From the NCBI GenBank assembly GCA_040768605.1, contig JAXGMP010000001.1:1483740-1547739 (forward strand): DNA of 64,000 nt. Direction: 5' to 3'. Origin of the DNA: Anaerolineae bacterium. GTDB lineage: Bacteria > Chloroflexota > Anaerolineae > UBA1429. Each line of letters opens with the position of its first letter. The first letter of the stretch is position 1. Position numbers and translations under genes: made by a program. The notes beneath the pieces were generated by a model, which saw nothing but the letters and a program-made list of their open reading frames with translations, had not been told where the DNA came from and searched no databases. Below are positions 58,914 through 64,000 of this stretch, one piece after another.

Positions 58914-60278
58914 TCACCCCACGCCCGTATGGGCGACCTCGTACTTGCCCTGCAGCCCCTTCACCGGCGCTCCCTGTAGGTTGTACAGCACCCCGAACAT
59001 GCCCGCCAGCTGCTGGGCCTCGCCAGGGTGCTCATCGATCAGGTTGTGCCGCTCCTGCGGATCGTCGACGAGGTGGTACAGCTCGTCCACCTGGTCGGCC
59101 GGGCGGCGGATGTAGCTCCAGGTCAGATCGCGCACCACGCGGTCCGGCGCCTGGTGGTACCCGGAGATGATCGCCTGGCGGATGGCCGGCACCTCGCCGC
59201 GGATCACCGGTAGCAGACTCTTGCCGGGGAGGGCATCCAGGTTGTTGCCCATGCCGATCGCATCCAGAAGCGTGGGCAAGACGTCGTGGAAGGAGCCCAG
59301 CGCCTGCAGCCGCTGCCCTCCATGGCGTGCGCCCGGGAAGCGGATCAGGAAGGGGACCTTGAGCAGCTCGCTGTACAGGCGGTCGCCGCCCTTCAGGAAC
59401 TTGCCATGGTCGGCCAGCGGGTGGCCGTGATCGGCGATGAGCACGATCACCGATGTCTCGTACAGGCCCAGGTCCTTCAGCCGGTGCAGCAACACGCCCA
59501 CATAGTGGTCGACGTAGGCACACTCGCCGGCATAGAGCCCGCGGATGTAGGCGATCTCTTGGGCGCTGAAATGAGCCGAGGCCGGCCCGCCCGGCGGCAG
59601 GATGAGGCGCTTGCCCCGGTAGGAGGGGTCGGTGTAGCGGTCGAACTCGGGCGGTGGGGTCCACGGCTCGTGCGGGTCAAACGAATCGAGGAAGAGGAAC
59701 AGCGGCTGAGAGGCGACGTTCCGCTCCAGCCAGGCGTTGGCCTTGCGCACCAGCCGCGCGGCATAGTGGTCTTCGGCCGTCTCGAACTCCTCGACGTTCT
59801 TGAGCGCCGTCTCGACGATCCGCCGCCACTCCGGAGAGTAGGTCTCTTGACAATAGTCGTCGAGGCGCAGCCTGGTCAGCGGGCCTGAACGGTAGGCGTC
59901 GTACTCCTGCCCACGCACCCACTCCCAGGTACGGTAGCCGCGGTGCAGGTTCATCCCCGGCTTGAAGTAGTGGTAGCAGTCGGTGTACAAGGCCGTCAGG
60001 TAGCCGGCGCTGGCCAGGATCTCCGGCAGGCTGCGGTCCTCCGGGGTCAGCGGCTGCCAGGGGCGGTGTACCAGGGTCCTCTCGCCCGTCAGCCAGGCGG
60101 TGCGCACCGGAATGGTTGGCAACCCCTCCGGGTAGACGTTGTCAAAGGCCACGCTCTCGCGCGCCAGCGCGTCGAGGTGGGGCGTCGCGCAGGGCGCGGC
60201 GGGGTTGTAGAAACGCACGTGGTCCTGCCGGAAGGAATCGAGACAGATAAAGATGACGTTGGGGCGCTCATCGACCAT
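58914..60278 (-). CDS. Sulfatase-like (alkaline-phosphatase superfamily) hydrolase with Thr at the formylglycine position
   Basis: Sulfatase N-domain (NVIFICLDSFRQDHV). The signature position reads T-I-P-V-R-TAW-LTG rather than C/S-x-P-x-R. GAGGAGG lies 8 nt upstream of the ATG. Confidence 0.88.
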   Translation of the reverse strand: MVDERPNVIFICLDSFRQDHVRFYNPAAPCATPHLDALARESVAFDNVYPEGLPTIPVRTAWLTGERTLVHRPWQPLTPEDRSLPEILASAGYLTALYTDCYHYFKPGMNLHRGYRTWEWVRGQEYDAYRSGPLTRLRLDDYCQETYSPEWRRIVETALKNVEEFETAEDHYAARLVRKANAWLERNVASQPLFLFLDSFDPHEPWTPPPEFDRYTDPSYRGKRLILPPGGPASAHFSAQEIAYIRGLYAGECAYVDHYVGVLLHRLKDLGLYETSVIVLIADHGHPLADHGKFLKGGDRLYSELLKVPFLIRFPGARHGGQRLQALGSFHDVLPTLLDAIGMGNNLDALPGKSLLPVIRGEVPAIRQAIISGYHQAPDRVVRDLTWSYIRRPADQVDELYHLVDDPQERHNLIDEHPGEAQQLAGMFGVLYNLQGAPVKGLQGKYEVAHTGVG

Positions 60279-60394
60279 GGCCAGGCCTCCTCGTTCTCAC
60301 CCGTTCGCAGCGAACCCCAGGCGGGCCACGCCGCCCACAGGCCGGACGGGTGCGCCCCCGTGTGCGGGCGTCCGCGCCGCCGGCGCCGGCCGGC

Positions 60395-60844
60395 CTAGGC
60401 CCACGGATCGATGGGCGGCTCGTCCTTCTTGATCTCGCTCTGTTCGGGCGCTGAAGGGGCCGGCTTGCCCCTGCCGAACAGGTCGTTGAGGAAAGCGCGC
60501 ACCTTCTCGTCCGCCGTGCGGCCGATGGCCGGCCAGTCGGCGTCGCGAGAGGTACCCACCAGGTGCGCCACGGTGCCCCGAGCCGCGTGTTCCGCCTCAC
60601 GGCCGATATCGTCCCACTCGGCGTCGTCCTGCAGCCCCACGGTCTGGGCAGCGCCGCGGCGGGCGCTGTCCCCCGCCTCGCGGCCGATGGCATCCCAGGG
60701 GGACTCCTCCGGCAGGCCGACCAGGCGGGCTGCCTCGCGCCGCACCTGGTCCTCGATCTGGCGCAAGATATCCCCCCACTCTTTGGCGCTGGAGCGCCCG
60801 GCCCCCTCGGGACCGGCCTGCGGTTTCGGCCCTTCCGTCGTCAT
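60395..60844 (-). CDS. Hypothetical protein with three internal repeats of about 24 aa (W-x2-IGREA...VG)
   Basis: ATG at 60844 with GGGAGGAG 6 nt upstream. Acidic, repeat-containing. No recognisable family. Confidence 0.55.
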   Translation of the reverse strand: MTTEGPKPQAGPEGAGRSSAKEWGDILRQIEDQVRREAARLVGLPEESPWDAIGREAGDSARRGAAQTVGLQDDAEWDDIGREAEHAARGTVAHLVGTSRDADWPAIGRTADEKVRAFLNDLFGRGKPAPSAPEQSEIKKDEPPIDPWA

Positions 60845-60958
60845 GTTGGCTCCTCCCGTTCTCATCGAACCCACAGACGGCAGCTACACTGCCATTCTAG
60901 CAGGCGTCGGCGCCAGCGTCTACGGGTCTGCAAGCCGCAAGATCATCATCTGCAGACG

Positions 60959-60987
60959 TTGCCTTCCGCGCTGCAATGATGTATGAT
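60959..60987 (+). promoter_or_regulatory. Promoter candidate TTGCCT-17 bp-TATGAT driving the leuS leader
   Basis: Hexamers seen in the sequence, about 245 nt upstream of the leuS start. Confidence 0.4.
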
Positions 60988-61019
60988 GTCCCCAGTGATA
61001 GACAGCAGGTGACAGTGCG

Positions 61020-61115
61020 ATGCACGCTGGCCATATCTCCCACAGCCCGGCTCTCCTTCTTGCGGGGCTCCTCCTTCGGAGGAGCTATTGCCGCATGGGA
61101 GGCGGCCGGGCGTAA
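61020..61115 (+). CDS. Putative Leu-rich leader peptide (MHAGHISHSPALLLAGLLLRRSYCRMGGGRA) of a leuS attenuator
   Basis: SD AGGTGA lies 7 nt before the ATG. There are six Leu codons in eight positions (CTC CTT CTT gcg ggg CTC CTC CTT), three of them the rare CTT. The stop is followed by a hairpin and a canonical terminator. The ORF is not in the ORF track because it is shorter than 60 aa. Confidence 0.45.
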   Translation: MHAGHISHSPALLLAGLLLRRSYCRMGGGRA

Positions 61116-61151
61116 CCTGGTAAGCGCTATCTGACCAGGCTCAGGCCACCC

Positions 61152-61188
61152 ACGAGGGCCCCCATGCGGGGCCCTCGTTTTGCTTTCC
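61152..61188 (+). terminator. Canonical intrinsic terminator (11-bp GC stem ACGAGGGCCCC / GGGGCCCTCGT, loop CATGC, then UUUUGCUUUCC) 16 nt before the leuS start
   Basis: Hairpin and U-tract seen directly. It lies inside the leuS 5' leader downstream of the leader ORF. Confidence 0.65.
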
Positions 61189-61204
61189 CAAGGAGGAACA
61201 CGCT

Positions 61205-63697
61205 ATGCCTACATACCGAGATGAGCAGCCAGAAGACCAGGAGGCCCGCTACGACCACCACGCCGTGGAGCGCAAGTGGCAGCAGACCTGGGAGGAAACC
61301 GGGATCTACCGCGTCGACCTGGACGGCGCTGCGCGCCCCTACCTCAACCTCATGGAATTCCCCTATCCCTCTGGCGAGGGCCTCCACGTCGGGCACGTCT
61401 ACACCTACGGCGGGGCGGACGTGCACGGTCGCTACCAGCGCATGCGCGGCCTCGACGTTTTCCAGCCGATGGGTTTTGACGCGTTCGGCATCCATGGGGA
61501 GAACTATGCCCTGCGGCTCGGCGTCAACCCTGCCATCCTGGTGCCCAAGAACATCGTCCGCTTCCGCGAGGAGCAGATGAAGCGCATCGGCGTGGCCTTC
61601 AACTGGGAGCGCCAGGTGGATACCACTGATCCCGCCTATTACCGCTGGACGCAGTGGATCTTCCTGCGCCTCTACCACGCCGGGCTGGCCTACCGTGCCG
61701 AGGCGCCGGTGAACTGGTGTCCCTCCTGCCTGACGACCCTGGCCGACGAGCAGGTCATCGACGGCGAATGCGAGCGCTGCTCATCCCCCGTGGCCACCCG
61801 CCGGTTGACGCAGTGGTTCTTCCGCATCACCGACTATGCGGACCGGCTGCTCGACTTTTCCAAGGGGGACTATCCCGACGTCACCCGCAAGCTGCAGACG
61901 GCCTGGATCGGCCGTCGCGAGGGGACGGAGCTTCGCTTCACCGTCCAAGGTGGCGGAGAGATCACCGTGTTCACCACACGCGTGGACACGCTGCACGGCG
62001 CCACCTTCCTGGTGCTGGCCCCGGAACACCCCGATGTCAAGCGCCTGACCTCCGCCGACAGGATGGCCGAGGTGACGGCCTACTGCGAGGAGACCTCCGG
62101 CCGGACACCGGCCGAGCGGCTGGCCACTGGCCGGGCCAAGACGGGCGTCTTTACCGGCTCGCTGGCCACCAACCCGATCAATGGCCGCGCGCTGCCCATC
62201 TGGGTGGCCGATTACGTCCTCGCCGAGTACGGCACCGGGGCCGTCTTTGCCACGCCGGCGCACGACGCCCGCGACCTCGAGTTCGCGGTGGGGCACGGCC
62301 TGCCGGTGATCGAGGTCGTGGCTCCGCCCGAGCCGCTGCCCGAGGACGAACGCCCCCCGCGGGCCGCCTACGAGGGCGAGGGCGTGCTGATCAACTCCGG
62401 CGAGCACACCGGCCTCAGCACGGCGGAAGGGCGCCGCGCCATCACCGAGGACCTGGCCGCCCGCGGCCTGGGGGGCTTTCGCGTGACCTATCGCCTGCGC
62501 GACTGGCTGATCTCCCGGCAGCGCTACTGGGGCCCGCCGATCCCGATCGTCTACTGCGAGCGGTGCGGCACGGTTCCGGTCCCCGAGGAGGACCTGCCCG
62601 TGCTGCTGCCGAGGACCGAGCACTTTCGCCCGCTGGGCACGGGCGAGTCCCCTTTGGCCTCGCTGCCCGAGTTTGTGGCCACGCGCTGCCCGCGCTGCGG
62701 AGGGCCGGCCCGCCGCGAGACGGACGTTTCCGACAACTTCCTGGATTCTGCCTGGTACTACCTGCGCTATACCTCGACGGAGTACAGCGATCGCGCCTGG
62801 GATGAGGGGCGCCTGCGGCGCTGGCTGCCCGTCAGCCAGTATACCGGCGGCGTAGAGCACTCTACCCTTCACCACCTGTACGCGCGCTTCCTGTGGAAGG
62901 CCCTGCAAGACGTGGGATGCCTGCCGCGTGACCTCGGTGTGGAGCCGTTCGCCCGGCTGCGCCTGCACGGCGTCGTCCTCAAGGATGGCGAGCGGATGAG
63001 CAAGAGCCGCGGCACCGTGGTGAACCCCGACGAGTACGTGGCGCGTTACGGCGCCGACGTGCTGCGCGTGTACCTGCTGTTCATGGGGCCCTTTGAGCGT
63101 GGCGGGGACTTTCGCGACGATGGCATCAACGGCGTCGTCCGCTGGTTGCAGAACCTCTGGCGGGTAACGGCCCCGCGCGCCACCGCACCGGCCGACGAGG
63201 CCCCCGCCGCTGAGGAGATGCTCCCGCTGCGGCGCGCGTTGCACCGGGCCATCCGCAAGGTGACCGATGACGTCGAGTCGATGGCCTTCAACACCGCCAT
63301 TGCCGAGCTGATGGCCCTCACCAACACCCTGCGCGAGTGGCGCGATCATGCCGACGTAAGGTCGTGGGATGAAGCCGTATCGGCCCTGATCCGTCTGGTC
63401 GCCCCTCTGGCCCCCCACCTGGCCGAGGAGCTGTGGGCCAGGGAGGGCCAGCCCTACAGCGTGCACCGTCAGCCCTGGCCCGAGTGCGACCCCGCACTGA
63501 TCGAGGCGTCGCGAGTGACGCTGGCCGTCCAGGTGAACGGGCGTCTGCGCGGCAGGGTGGAGGTCCCAGCCGGGCTGGAAGAGGCGGAAGCGGTCCGCCT
63601 GGCGCTGGGCCTGGAGGGGGTGCAGAACGCCCTGGCGGGCCGCACGGTGCGGAGGACGATCGTCGTGCCTGACCGGATCGTGAACCTGGTGGCGTAG
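61205..63697 (+). CDS. leuS: Leucine--tRNA ligase
   Basis: HIGH motif (HVGHVYTY), KMSKS motif (RMSKSRGT), CP1 editing domain and Zn-binding cysteines. SD AAGGAGG. Confidence 0.97.
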   Translation: MPTYRDEQPEDQEARYDHHAVERKWQQTWEETGIYRVDLDGAARPYLNLMEFPYPSGEGLHVGHVYTYGGADVHGRYQRMRGLDVFQPMGFDAFGIHGENYALRLGVNPAILVPKNIVRFREEQMKRIGVAFNWERQVDTTDPAYYRWTQWIFLRLYHAGLAYRAEAPVNWCPSCLTTLADEQVIDGECERCSSPVATRRLTQWFFRITDYADRLLDFSKGDYPDVTRKLQTAWIGRREGTELRFTVQGGGEITVFTTRVDTLHGATFLVLAPEHPDVKRLTSADRMAEVTAYCEETSGRTPAERLATGRAKTGVFTGSLATNPINGRALPIWVADYVLAEYGTGAVFATPAHDARDLEFAVGHGLPVIEVVAPPEPLPEDERPPRAAYEGEGVLINSGEHTGLSTAEGRRAITEDLAARGLGGFRVTYRLRDWLISRQRYWGPPIPIVYCERCGTVPVPEEDLPVLLPRTEHFRPLGTGESPLASLPEFVATRCPRCGGPARRETDVSDNFLDSAWYYLRYTSTEYSDRAWDEGRLRRWLPVSQYTGGVEHSTLHHLYARFLWKALQDVGCLPRDLGVEPFARLRLHGVVLKDGERMSKSRGTVVNPDEYVARYGADVLRVYLLFMGPFERGGDFRDDGINGVVRWLQNLWRVTAPRATAPADEAPAAEEMLPLRRALHRAIRKVTDDVESMAFNTAIAELMALTNTLREWRDHADVRSWDEAVSALIRLVAPLAPHLAEELWAREGQPYSVHRQPWPECDPALIEASRVTLAVQVNGRLRGRVEVPAGLEEAEAVRLALGLEGVQNALAGRTVRRTIVVPDRIVNLVA

Positions 63698-63759
63698 AAA
63701 CGCGCCCTCGGGCGCCTGTCTCGGAGTACCGTCCCGGGCGGGCGCCCGGAGGGCGGCGC

Positions 63760-63990
63760 TCAGCGCCCGCCCAACAGCACCCAGCGCACGCGGCGCCAGG
63801 TCACCCAGGTCAGCCAGCCGGCCGCGGCCAGGGCCGCGGTGAGGACCACCGTCCGCCACACCGGGAACTCGGGCACCGCGGAAAGGACCTGGAAGGCGTC
63901 CACCGCGCAGTCGCGGCCCGCGGAGGCGGCCGGGGCCTCCTCGGCGACCGTGATGGTGACGGTGTGTTGCCCGGGAGTAGCCTCGCGCAC
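63760..63990 (-). CDS. Hypothetical protein, possibly the C-terminal part of a gene that starts beyond the window; C-terminal TM helix followed by a basic tail
   Basis: ORF at the window edge. The C-terminus VVLTAALAAAGWLTWVTWRRVRW resembles a membrane anchor. Confidence 0.3.
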   Translation of the reverse strand: MREATPGQHTVTITVAEEAPAASAGRDCAVDAFQVLSAVPEFPVWRTVVLTAALAAAGWLTWVTWRRVRWVLLGGR

Positions 63991-64000
63991 GAGGGTGACG

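Noticed and set aside
60990-61204. T-box riboswitch upstream of leuS
   Set aside because: No AGGGUGGNACCGCG T-box sequence or specifier-loop architecture on the leuS strand. A GGGUGG lies only on the opposite strand, with a poor match beyond the core. The Leu-codon mini-ORF plus terminator fits peptide-mediated attenuation better.
61781-63859. 692-aa minus-strand ORF antisense to leuS
   Set aside because: Antisense to an unmistakable leucyl-tRNA synthetase; the composition is Gly/Arg/Ala-biased.
1-64000. Search for a CRISPR array, rRNA genes or tRNA genes anywhere in the window
   Set aside because: No repeat-spacer arrays and no tRNA-like cloverleafs or rRNA-like conserved segments were seen on either strand. 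Absence is judged by eye, not by tRNAscan or CRISPRCasFinder.

Overview
This 64 kb window is high-GC (about 68%) bacterial chromosomal DNA with typical SD-type ribosome-binding sites and sigma70-like -10 boxes; the host is probably Chloroflexota or Actinomycetota, which I cannot determine without a database. I can support about 60 protein-coding genes and found no rRNA, tRNA or CRISPR array.

- **Transport:** a Dpp/Opp-type ABC permease pair, a BMP-family (nucleoside-type) ABC transporter operon, and AEC-family and TauE/SafE-family membrane transporters.
- **Translation and RNA modification:** tyrosyl-tRNA synthetase (tyrS), tRNA-dihydrouridine synthase, and leucyl-tRNA synthetase (leuS).
- **Metal handling:** a zinc/cadmium-type (P1B-type) P-type ATPase with an ArsR/SmtB-family repressor just upstream.
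- **Carbohydrate and phosphodiester catabolism:** a minus-strand cluster of a DUF362 protein, a Cys-type sulfatase, two glycerophosphodiester phosphodiesterases (one secreted fusion) and a PfkB-family sugar kinase. A second cluster holds a GH127 beta-L-arabinofuranosidase, an iron-containing alcohol dehydrogenase, a BNR/sialidase-like protein and a methyltransferase.
- **Membrane microdomain:** an NfeD-like protein next to a flotillin.
- **Cell envelope:** a cyclophilin-type peptidyl-prolyl isomerase (PPIase), a WecA/MraY-family transferase, a large O-antigen-ligase-like protein with tetratricopeptide (TPR) repeats, two GT4 glycosyltransferases and uridine kinase.
- **Paralogues and sulfatase-like gene:** two tandem sugar-phosphate isomerase paralogues and a second sulfatase-like gene whose active-site nucleophile is Thr.

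The most unusual signals are:
- **Leucine-codon leader peptide upstream of leuS:** a 31-codon leader ORF with six Leu codons in eight positions, three of them the rare CTT, lies between a promoter and a canonical intrinsic terminator right before leuS. I read this as ribosome-mediated leucine-codon attenuation of an aminoacyl-tRNA synthetase gene.
- **His/Asp-rich NfeD-like protein:** it carries an H-x-G-D-A pentapeptide tract encoded by ten 15-bp tandem repeats and is paired with a flotillin.
- **Decayed mobile/defence island at 43.5-48.4 kb:** an XRE regulator, an N-terminal stub of a DNA methyltransferase, a degenerate phage head-morphogenesis gene, and an embedded low-GC (about 54%) two-gene cassette of unknown function.
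- **Terminator inside the BMP transporter leader:** an intrinsic terminator sits in the 5' leader of the BMP ABC operon.

Coordinates of hairpins and promoters are hand-counted and may be off by 1-2 nt.
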